From Sphaeroforma arctica JP610 (lineage: Eukaryota): a DNA stretch of 33,930 bases. The translations under genes and the position numbers were made by a program. Within the stretch, counting starts at the first letter, position 1. Each line of letters opens with the position of its first letter. Location of the stretch: positions 20,926 through 54,855 of the forward strand of contig NW_014040218.1 of assembly GCF_001186125.1 (NCBI RefSeq), written 5' to 3'. Below are positions 21,397 to 31,272 of this stretch, piece by piece. Below the pieces are notes generated by a model. It ran no database searches, was not told the DNA's origin, and was given only the letters and a program-made list of their open reading frames with translations.

Positions 21397-24300
21397 ATGC
21401 TCACTGTTCACCGAGCCAGACAGGCGGTACGCGTCTCGCAATCAGCGCGTGTGATTGCATGCACAGCTGCGCGGTCGTACGCATCACCTTCGTTTAAATA
21501 CCAGGAACTGTTCACAAGTGAGAATCCAGTGGATATACCCTGGATGAAGCTGACAGACAAGTATGTGTCTACTGAGAAAATTGGGGACAGAGAGTTTCTT
21601 AAGGTAGAGCCAGAGGCTTTGCAACTGCTGTCTGCGACGGCTATGAACCACATTGCACACTTGCTGAGACCAGCACATCTACAGCAGTTGAGCAACATTC
21701 TGAAGGACGATGAGGCATCACAGAACGACAAGTTTGTGGCGTTGGAGTTGTTGAAGAATGCAAGTATTGCTGCAGGTGAGTATGTGTGTTGTTAGATCGG
21801 GGTTTATGAATGTGTCTTTGCTGCCTCACGTTCGATTGCATTTGAGATAGATAAAGCTATGGAATACCAGTATAATATAACACACACGCACACATACACA
21901 TACACGCACACATACACACACACGTACATACACACACATACACGCACACATACACGCACACATACACATACACGTACATACACACATACACACACACATA
22001 TANNNNNNNNNNNNNNNNNNNNNNNNNNNNNNNNNNNNNNNNNNNNNNNNNNNNNNNNNNNNNNNNNNNNNNNNNNNNNNNNNNNNNNNNNNNNNNNNNN
22101 NNNNNNNNNNNNNNNNNNNNNNNNNNNNNNNNNNNNNNNNNNNNNNNNNNNNNNNNNNNNNNNNNNNNNNNNNNNNNNNNNNNNNNNNNNNNNNNNNNNN
22201 NNNNNNNNNNNNNNNNNNNNNNNNNNNNNNNNNNNNNNNNNNNNNNNNNNNNNNNNNNNNNNNNNNNNNNNNNNNNNNNNNNNNNNNNNNNNNNNNNNNN
22301 NNNNNNNNNNNNNNNNNNNNNNNNNNNNNNNNNNNNNNNNNNNNNNNNNNNNNNNNNNNNNNNNNNNNNNNNNNNNNNNNNNNNNNNNNNNNNNNNNNNN
22401 NNNNNNNNNNNNNNNNNNNNNNNNNNNNNNNNNTACATATATATAGTTGTGCTATATGCAGATTTTGTAGATATTTATCTTCCGCCAACACTTCCGCATG
22501 AACACATATATATTGGCCCAGGTGCTCGGCAAGATCACGAAAGATGGCGTGTTCATCGAACGGCTGGAAACTGACCCGTCCAAGTACCTACCCGATATCA
22601 AAGAGAACCAGGTTTCAGAAGAAGTGGTGCAAGTGGACCTCAACCGACCAATGAAGGACATCCTTAGGTAGGGGATGGTTATTGGAGTCGTTGTGGTAGT
22701 ATCATCCGTCTCACAGGCACGAGGATATGCTCTTATGCGACCTTTGGATACACTAGTATCGTGCATAGTACACTCATGTGATTGAGGACCGTCCTTGCGG
22801 TGTATCTGCTCGTATCGTTTACTGGCAGTAGTAGGCATGATATCTTTGTCCTGGTTCCTCTAGTGTATTAGGCTAGTACATCAGGGTACCGTGATTGTAG
22901 GTAGTGCTATCAGGGTACCGTGTCGTAGGTAATGCTATCAGGGTACCGTATCGTAGGTAGTACTATCATTGTACCTTGTTCGTAGGTGGTGATATATGGA
23001 TGACTTATGAGCAGTCACAAGTATTATGCATTGTACTCACGCGTACTGGTACCACCACTGGTCGATACTGTCCTCAAGTGCTCTCGCCGTCTCAATGTGA
23101 AAGACCCTCCGCGTGGCCCTGTTTTGTTTCATGTTTGGAGGGGCCTTCACCTGCCGCAACACAAGTTACCTACCGTGACCACAGCACTTGCACATGGGGA
23201 CACTGCACACGCTTACTGTACTTTGTACTACTATTGGATCCCCGTACCTTCCCTCAGTGAACTCACCAAGCACCCCATCAAGACCCGCCTGTCACTCACT
23301 GGGACCATTGTCGTGGCGCGTGATATCGCCCACGCCAAGCTAAAGGAGCGTATTGAGAGTGGGGAGGGTCTGCCACAGTACATGAAGGACCACATTGTAT
23401 ACTATGCCGGCCCTGCCAAGACTCCTGACGGTATGTGTAGGTGTATATGAACTGCACAGGAGTGAGGTAGTAGTGTTAGATAATTGTGGGTAGGCATGTT
23501 ATTGTACTTTAGTCTGTATGCAAGCGTTTAAATTGGGGAAGAACCACATTGTGTACTATGCCGGCCCTGCCAAGACCTCTGACGGTATGTGGGTGCTACC
23601 GGATGGTTTGGGTGTGTAGTGTGTGTGTGGTGGGGTTGTGTATCTATATGTGTATATGAACTACATATGAGTGAGGTAGTATGCAAGTCTGTATGCAAGC
23701 GTATGGATTCACGTGTATCTTATTTTGTATTTTACCACTCGCATATCAGTTTGTTTACCAAAAATGCTGGTAGTATGTTTAAGTACGTTCGAGAGTCGGA
23801 CATGCATAGGAAGCTTACAGCACTAACACACAACAAGTGTTTACTAATACAAATGCACACCCTGTATACAGCTACATACAACCATGCATTTTTATTACTA
23901 AGCGTTAAGGAATAGATCTGTCACGTGCGCTTCGATCACTTGCTGGTCTTGGTCACCTATATGCTATGAGTGTCTGCTATCTTGCAAGTTAGCGTTTCGC
24001 GAAGCTTTTTGTTTACACATGTTCATATCTTTGTTTATGTTGAATTTTGTATATATTTGTTCAATTGCTAAAACAATTGGCATATCTTGCGTACCCCGCA
24101 CAAACAGCATTCAACAACCAATATTCACGCAGACCCAAGTAACTAGGGTTTTAGCCCCAAGTAGCTAGGGTTTTAACCACAAGAAACTAGGGTTTTAGCC
24201 CCAAGTAACTAGGGTTTTAGCCACAAATAATTAGGGTTTTAACCACAAGTAACTAGGGTTTTAGCCCCAAGTAATTGGGGTTTTAGCTCCTAGTAACTAG

Positions 24301-25545
24301 GGTTTTAGCTCCAGGTAATTAGGGTTTTACCCCCAAGTAACTAGGGTTTTAGCCCAGATCTCTAGCAACCCGGTCCCATAGTCCTTGCTTGTCCGCCGCA
24401 CGCTGGGTGTATATAGTTGGTCCTTTAAGCACTCCCCAGTGAGTCACCTACGTATTCCCATCCAATACGTTTCTTGCATGTTCTGGTTACCCCCCCCTGG
24501 TATCCGCCTGTCGACGTCTTACCGTTTCTCCTCTCCGTTAAACGCATCACCCACCCAGGCTACGCCTCTGGCTCGTTCGGCCCCACCACCGCGGGACGGA
24601 TGGACTCGTACGTTGACCTGTTCCAGAAGAACGGGGGCAGTATGGTGATGCTGGCCAAAGGCAACCGCAGCAAGGCTGTGACCAAGGCCTGCAAGGACAA
24701 CAAGGGCTTTTACCTGGGCTCCATTGGAGGGCCTGCAGCTATCCTGGCGCAGAACAACATCAGGAAAGTGGAGGTATGTCATGGTGTGGTGTGGTTTAGT
24801 ATATTATGGCATGGTGTCGCGTAGTATGATGTGGTATATTATGGTATGGTGTGGTATGGTGTCGTGTAGTATGGTGTGGTATATTCTGGGATGGTATATT
24901 ATGGTGTGGTATGGTATATTATGGTATGTTGTGATATGTTGTGGTATGGTATATTATGGTATGTTGTGATATGTTGTGTTGTGGTGTGGCATGTGCGTGG
25001 AAGTGTGGGCGGGCGGGTGCTGTTTGGGATTATGATTTTTTTTTCAACTTTTGGAATTTTGATTTTCTTATTTACATGTGACGAATTTTTATATATACCT
25101 AAAATTAAAACGCGCTCTGCTCAGTCGGTGTTGGGTTGATCCTAAACTATAGGCGATTCGGATACCCCTTTGCCAACAACACCTCCCATTGATGTATATA
25201 TATAGGCTGTTATATTTTATTACTAACATTCTTAAGTAGAGTAGTTGCAGTCTTTACGACAGTACATGCGGTCCAATTGTAGCTATCTGCTCGAGTATAT
25301 GTACCCTCTCGCAAACCATATTATTGTATTTGATATGCGTGCACATGTATGGCTACTGACAACCTATGGTCTGTGGTGTGGCTGTGGTTCATCAGGTGCT
25401 CGACAATAAGGAGGACGGCATGGAGGCCGTGTGGAAGATTGAAGTAGAAAACTTCCCGGCATTCATTGTGGTGGACGATAAAGGCGAGGACTTCTTCAAG
25501 AAGTATGTAACTGACTACCCACAGATTTCTTCAAAAATTATGTAA
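21397..25545 (+). CDS. fumA: Class I (Fe-S, FumA/FumB-type) fumarate hydratase with mitochondrial presequence; central exons lost in the gap
   Basis: Exons 21397-21775, [gap], 22522-22667, 23258-23430, 24559-24773, 25396-25545. Diagnostic class I motifs: [106 protein letters not shown]. The N-terminal ~30 aa are Arg/Ala/Ser-rich with no acidic residues. The C-terminus could differ if AA|GTATGT at 25503 is a donor. Confidence 0.95.
22003..22433. other. Assembly gap (431 N) next to a CA-rich microsatellite
   Basis: Run of N in the sequence. Confidence 1.
22878..22990. repeat. ~28-bp intronic tandem repeat (ATCAGGGTACCGTGTCGTAGGTAGTGCT), ~4 copies
   Basis: Visible imperfect tandem copies in a fumarase intron. 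Confidence 0.8.
24134..24355. repeat. 22-bp intronic minisatellite (AACTAGGGTTTTAGCCCCAAGT), 10 copies
   Basis: Visible tandem array with a near-invariant TAGGGTTTTA core. Confidence 0.93.
24774..24990. repeat. Low-complexity pentamer repeat (GTATG/GTGTG/ATATT) starting at a splice donor
   Basis: Directly visible. It explains ORFs 24724 and 24876. Confidence 0.85.
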
Positions 25546-25762
25546 CTAACTATACAAACACATGCAATATACAAGAAGTATGTAACTAACTACACCACAC
25601 TCGGAATGTAGTGTGACATATCGGTGTATAACTTGATGTATGTTTGTTTTGCATACATGTCATTATATGTATATATATATATATCTATATATATATTATA
25701 TATATATATCTATATCTATATCTATATCCATATATATATATACATATATATATTTATATATA

Positions 25763-26426
25763 TGGTGATCGCACTCTGCCACCGAATGGTCTAGCTGGAA
25801 GCAAGCGCTTGTTATTCTATCAAATCATACACTACAAGCGCATCTTGCCTCATGGAATTGTACACAATGCTGATTTGATCGGTCGAGAATGCGCTTCAAA
25901 TGGAAACTTAAGTTTTTCTGGAAAATACCCTTTGATATTCTCAGGTGGAGTGTCTAAATCGGTTAACCCTTCGGAAAAACTGAGCTCGCCGAATACAAAG
26001 AATACGTAACGAACCACTTCAGACGACTTCACATCTTACGACTGATTTAGTATATACTAAACCGACGGAGGCACCTCTATTGGGGATCGTAGAGGAGCAT
26101 CGCCAGGTGATCTTTGTGCTACATTTCTAATCTCTAGTATAGTTTTGTTAAGGATGATCGGCAACTCACTATGCTACCGTCGCCCAAGAGTGGGTAACAA
26201 TGTCCCCGCCCCTAATTCTGCCAGATGGGGCAGCTTTTGCTCGGGAGATTCAATTAAAGAACGCCGCTAAATGTTGTTGACCTTATCACGTTGTAGCTAG
26301 CGGGTAGGTGTAGAACCGTTGGTAAATCTACCACCTGTATATCATCCCTTTGAGAAACTGTAGTGTGGGCTTGTATCCTACTTTGATTCGTATACGAGCC
26401 TACCATTAATTAGGCTCGCATTGTCA
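25763..26426. mobile_element. Candidate TE relic or solo LTR inserted in a (TA)n tract
   Basis: 664 bp of complex sequence sharply bounded by TA-rich tracts, starting TG and ending CA, with several hairpins (e.g. CGAGCCTA-N8-TAGGCTCG near the right end). There is no second copy in the window. Confidence 0.3.
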
Positions 26427-27483
26427 TATATATATACATATATAGATATTTATATATATGTATATATATATATATATAAATCTGTATATATATATATCAA
26501 TATCTATATCTGTAATACATATATATATATAAATATATATATGTATGTATGTACGTATGTTTATATATATATATATATATAATATATGTTTATTTTTATG
26601 CTTGTGTTTTTATAACATCTTATCATACAAACACGCCCTTGATGTTAATATCCTTTGTGTTTGTATAGCCATGCATAAAATTAACGAGCCGTCAAGCTTC
26701 CACAACCGTTGAGTATTGTAGTTGGTTTGATATGCACTTAACTGCACGAGGTTGAGCAACGTTCTGTATGCAGATGAAATTAACCGAATTCAACAATACT
26801 AAAGCCCTAAGCATTTGTAATCAACCTAGTAGCAGGTATAGGGGCGAATCGGGTAGATGCACATTTTGAACATGTACTAAGAGTCTGAGATGCACACTAT
26901 TTACTATTGACTATTGAGCCTATTTTTTAAACGCACATAATACTAAACACATTTATTTCTTTCTTTATTAGCCTGCTCTGGCGAATGGAGTCATTCCACG
27001 CGTATTGTACGTATGAACTACATACGGAGCGGTGCTTACCCTGATAAGTGATAACGAAATATTTTGTTCATAGTTTCGTATCACCACAAGAGAGAGAGAG
27101 TGACCCGACTCACCCGAGAATCCGAGATGAATGAACTTCAACTTCTTCCAGCCAAGTCTCCAACACATAAACGAGCTCTGTTAAAATCTAAATATGTGTG
27201 TTTTTTTATTAAATCAAATGTATACAAAACAAAAACACAAAAAAAGCATGTCTCCTATAGTCTCTGTATGAGTGAACAGTTCAGACTTCACAACAAGGCA
27301 CGCCTTCAATAAAAATAAATAAACATTTAAAAACTGTCAGACTTCAAACCTATAATATATATATTTTTAAATTCTTTTTTTAAACTTTTTTAAAACTCTA
27401 CTTTTAGTGAGACTCTATAATACGTAGACTGTGAGTGTGGGACTGTGGGTCGTGGGAGACTGGGAGTGTGTCACTGAGTGTCA

Positions 27484-28249
27484 GGCCGAGTCTAATCGGT
27501 TATAGCAATTTTTCGTTATAGTAACAATAATAGGGCAAATTAAGGCTGAAATTTTCGAAATGACTCAGAAAGTGTCCTTCGAGATTTCACACGCAATTGC
27601 ACCAAAGTAGTTAAAGTATAACTCGACATTTCCCGCCAAAGTACAGACTATTTATAAACCTACTCTAAGTGCGTAGCTTTCAATAATTCAAATGCATGTT
27701 ATAATAGAAAGTGTCTAATAAATATATACTACTTCTAATATATACAACATCTGTTCTTTTGTGATAAAATACATATTTTTTAGATGTACTTGAAGTAAAG
27801 TATATCACACGGAAGAGAGACGTTCTATTCTATTGCTGCGTTTAGCTAGGTCTATTACATAATTAACAAGCATACAAGAAATATACACTGTTATTAACAG
27901 CAGCATTCAAAAGAGGCATCGTAACCGCCCGACCGTTCAACCGCTTCTTTGTAACAAACATGCTTGCGTCTAGTCGAACATTTTGTGCGGGCTTTCGTGT
28001 ATCCAATTAGATTGATGGGGATATCGACGGTATTTTACGTTTTCTTGGTAATTTTTGTGTAAGTAAAGATTCCAACTATAACGTAATACTATGACGAAAA
28101 CAACTATTACAAGCGACAAATTTTGTCTCCGGAAGTTTTCAAAAGTGGGACACGAAATCATTTTTTTTAAATTTAATCGAGCATACTATTGGCTGACAAG
28201 CTATGTCGCTCGATTATATCGTGAAAACTATTATAGTTAAGACCCGGCC
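27484..28249. mobile_element. PIF/Harbinger (Tourist)-like MITE, 766 bp
   Basis: Termini GGCCGAGTCT and AGACCCGGCC are 9/10 inverted-complementary, with weaker similarity further in. They are flanked by a 3-bp direct repeat TCA (27481-27483 and 28250-28252). The interior is AT-rich and non-coding. Confidence 0.6.
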
Positions 28250-28692
28250 TCAGACTGTCTGTAGTGTAGAAATTATATAGTCTTCTTCTGCATCAGACAT
28301 AGAAATGTCTACTAAAACTCATTCAAAATTTGTGCCCCGAAAATAAAATTATTCCACTCTCACCCCCCCCCATGAAAATATATTTTTAAAACTGGTTGGA
28401 GTTTTCGAACGGACGGACGGTACGACTATGTGCAAAATTTTCATCTAAATTGTGTTGACACTTCAATACACAACCCGGGAGTCGGGACTATGCACACTGG
28501 AGCCAGATAATTATAATGTTTGATATATCTGTTGCGTACCTTTAGTTAACTTGAGATATATATGTATATCTGTTGCAAGTACCTTGCGTAGACGTTATTA
28601 GGAGGTTTGTGTTGGCGGACACACAACCTGAAGCAGAATGCGGGTTTCGACTGACATATATGTTTGAGCGCAGGTGTCCTCCACACATAGAT

Positions 28693-28735
<43 letters not shown>

Positions 28736-28809
28736 GTATGTATATACATATATACATACATATATATGTATATATACAAATATATCTGATTTAAAGGTTT
28801 TTGAATAAC

Positions 28810-31272
28810 ATGGATTGGATTAACTGGTTACGAACACCTTTAGGGGGTAGGCGACGGGGGAGGTCATGTGGTCGTCGTGAGCGCAGTGTCTCGGTGGATA
28901 TGACAAACGCACAGATTATATCAACTCCGGTCACACACAAGTATGGATTTCAGAATACACAGATAGACACACTACACTCATCACATATCTGCTCCGACAA
29001 CGAAGGGGACGCATTTTATGCAGAGAACAGAAGCACAGCCCATGACGAGAATAACGAACACCTCTGTGTGTATAGTGATGTACATGTAGATGAGGATGGC
29101 ACTAGTGTGTGTACGAATAGCCACAGAGAAGTTAGGACTAACCTGCTCACGCAATCACTGTCCCTATTTCAGCTCAGCGATGAGAGCGGTAGGGGTCTTT
29201 TTCAGGAGAAGAATGCACACAACCAGACACATACGCCTGCATCTACACTCCCCAGCGAACCCTCTTTCGCACATCCGGAAGCACATGGATGTGTGTCCAA
29301 GAATATTGTTAACAATGTTGTGCCTGATGCACACGCAAACTCAGGTGTACAGGAAATTGCAGACTATGTGAGGCTGGACAAAAGTTCGGAACCACTGAGG
29401 ACGACGTCAGCGATGCGCAATGTGTATAGTGCACCGGATTTAAACAAGCGCAGGCGAGATGAAGCGTGCCACTCAGAGACATGCGACATGCACACGATCA
29501 AGGCGACGTACGTGATAGTCAGAGCACTTGCTGCAGGGAGTCGCACGGGAAGGGTGTGCTTGGTCAGACATCGCGAGAGTGGTGCGTTGGCGGTGTGGAA
29601 GGAACAGACGCTGACGGCAAGCGATAGGATATATGTACACAACGAAGCACAGATACACAGCCTATGCGACCACCCGCACATTGCGCGTGTGATACATGTG
29701 GCACACACACAGAATAGTCTCACACTGGTGATGGAGTACCTGGGAGGGGAGGAGTTGTTTGCTCACATCAAACCGAGTATTGGGTTGGAAGATAAATCGC
29801 AAGTGCGCGAGTATATGGTACAGTTAGTATCGGCGATAAGCTATCTGCACGGCATAGGCATTGCCCATAGAGACATCAAACCCGAGAACATTGTATGTAC
29901 TACTAACGGTAAGAGTGTGAAGCTGGTTGATTTTGGGATGTCTGAGTATGTGCACGTCGATAGACCTGTAGGGAAGGCCTTGGTGGTGTCTGGTAATACA
30001 CTCAACAACAAATGCACGGGAAGATGCACAGGCGTGCACACCGACTCGGAGGAGAGCGAACACTCAGTCGGAAACGGCCAGAGAACGGAGACACCATCTC
30101 TAACGAACACTTTGGCCAGAGACGTTGTACCGGCTCATAGAGCTGTGGGACTTAATAGCGGGGCTAGCACTGATAGGAGCACTCAGGGTATTAGTCATGC
30201 AGATACAAGGGGGAATAGCAATCTGAGCAACGGAGCAGTTACTAGTGACCATGCCGACAGTTGTCGAGACACGACTACCTCCAGCGAAGCCTGCACCAAT
30301 ATGAGTGCGGGGGTGAGATACCGCCTGAACGTAGGCACCACCAACTTCATGGCGCCCGAGTTGCTGTACGATACAGACAGAGAATTTGGGACTGTTGATC
30401 TTAAAGCGTGTGATGTGTGGGCCCTGGGTGTGTGCCTGTTCTGTATGTGCACAGGGAGATTTCCTTGGTCCGAGGCAACGGACAAGTGTGTGGGTTACAG
30501 GTGTTATTCTGCGAGAGAGCACACTTCTCAGGACCTGTGGCTGCGAATCCCAGCGCCAGCGATGGTGATGTTATCCCACATGCTGGCTATCGACGTAAGC
30601 AGGCGATGGACAATTAACGAGGTACAAGCCTATCTGCAGTCGGAGTGGCCACCAGCAAAGCCTATTAACCACACACATAGAAGCCGAGCTTCGGGTAAGA
30701 AGCCGAATCCAGTGCAAAAGCTAACGCCTACGGCTGGTGTGAATAGTACCGCATCTGCCGGCGATTTTATTAAGTGCACATCACCACGCACACAAAAGGG
30801 ATTTGGTAACGATGGCAAACCACAACCCATATCAAATGGTCGCACGATCATAGATCCGTGTGTACAGCAGAACGACCCTACATTGTGTTCAGCTACACAA
30901 AGAGATACGACAGCTCTGCGACCTGTCACGCCCACCATCATCACCACCTCATACTGTTCACCACCCACACAAAAACGTAAGAAAAAGAGGTCTTATCGTA
31001 CAGATAAACAGATATCTGGTGACACAACCAAGGCTTACAACGACTCACAAAGCACATGTCTGAGCACCACAGCTATGTCTATTTACACACATGAGAAAAT
31101 AAGACCTAGTGTCAAAATAAGAGGAAGGTCGAATGCCCGGACTAAGGGTACCATAGGCGGAGGGAGGGTCTATTTGGAAGTGCCTGTAGTTTCTTTCGCG
31201 TGTCCGGGTGATGACAGCGGTTTCGAGTCTGAAGAATACAGCAGACAGGCCAGCGCGAGTATAAAGGGATAA
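28810..31272 (+). CDS. Ser/Thr protein kinase (CAMK-group-like) with long N- and C-terminal extensions
   Basis: Single ORF with first ATG at 28810. Motifs: atypical Gly loop LAAGSRTGRV, AVWK (catalytic Lys), alphaC NE, LVMEYLGGEELF, HRDIKPEN, DFG, GTTNFMAPE, DVWALG, GRFPW, subdomain XI SRRWT. The basic cluster KRKKKR is NLS-like. Confidence 0.93.
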   Translation: MDWINWLRTPLGGRRRGRSCGRRERSVSVDMTNAQIISTPVTHKYGFQNTQIDTLHSSHICSDNEGDAFYAENRSTAHDENNEHLCVYSDVHVDEDGTSVCTNSHREVRTNLLTQSLSLFQLSDESGRGLFQEKNAHNQTHTPASTLPSEPSFAHPEAHGCVSKNIVNNVVPDAHANSGVQEIADYVRLDKSSEPLRTTSAMRNVYSAPDLNKRRRDEACHSETCDMHTIKATYVIVRALAAGSRTGRVCLVRHRESGALAVWKEQTLTASDRIYVHNEAQIHSLCDHPHIARVIHVAHTQNSLTLVMEYLGGEELFAHIKPSIGLEDKSQVREYMVQLVSAISYLHGIGIAHRDIKPENIVCTTNGKSVKLVDFGMSEYVHVDRPVGKALVVSGNTLNNKCTGRCTGVHTDSEESEHSVGNGQRTETPSLTNTLARDVVPAHRAVGLNSGASTDRSTQGISHADTRGNSNLSNGAVTSDHADSCRDTTTSSEACTNMSAGVRYRLNVGTTNFMAPELLYDTDREFGTVDLKACDVWALGVCLFCMCTGRFPWSEATDKCVGYRCYSAREHTSQDLWLRIPAPAMVMLSHMLAIDVSRRWTINEVQAYLQSEWPPAKPINHTHRSRASGKKPNPVQKLTPTAGVNSTASAGDFIKCTSPRTQKGFGNDGKPQPISNGRTIIDPCVQQNDPTLCSATQRDTTALRPVTPTIITTSYCSPPTQKRKKKRSYRTDKQISGDTTKAYNDSQSTCLSTTAMSIYTHEKIRPSVKIRGRSNARTKGTIGGGRVYLEVPVVSFACPGDDSGFESEEYSRQASASIKG

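Noticed and set aside
21826..22491. ORFs containing long X runs
   Set aside because: Artefacts of the N gap and the CA microsatellite.
24134..24355. True telomere or chromosome-fusion scar
   Set aside because: The motif occurs once per 22-bp unit rather than as contiguous telomeric repeats, and it lies inside an intact gene.
29500..29610. Pseudokinase call based on the atypical Gly loop and AVWK
   Set aside because: The catalytic Lys, alphaC Glu, HRD..N and DFG are all intact.
157..31272. Functional gene cluster linking AlkB, esterase, receptor, TRA2, fumarase and kinase
   Set aside because: No shared pathway, mixed orientations and ordinary eukaryotic spacing; no evidence of co-regulation.
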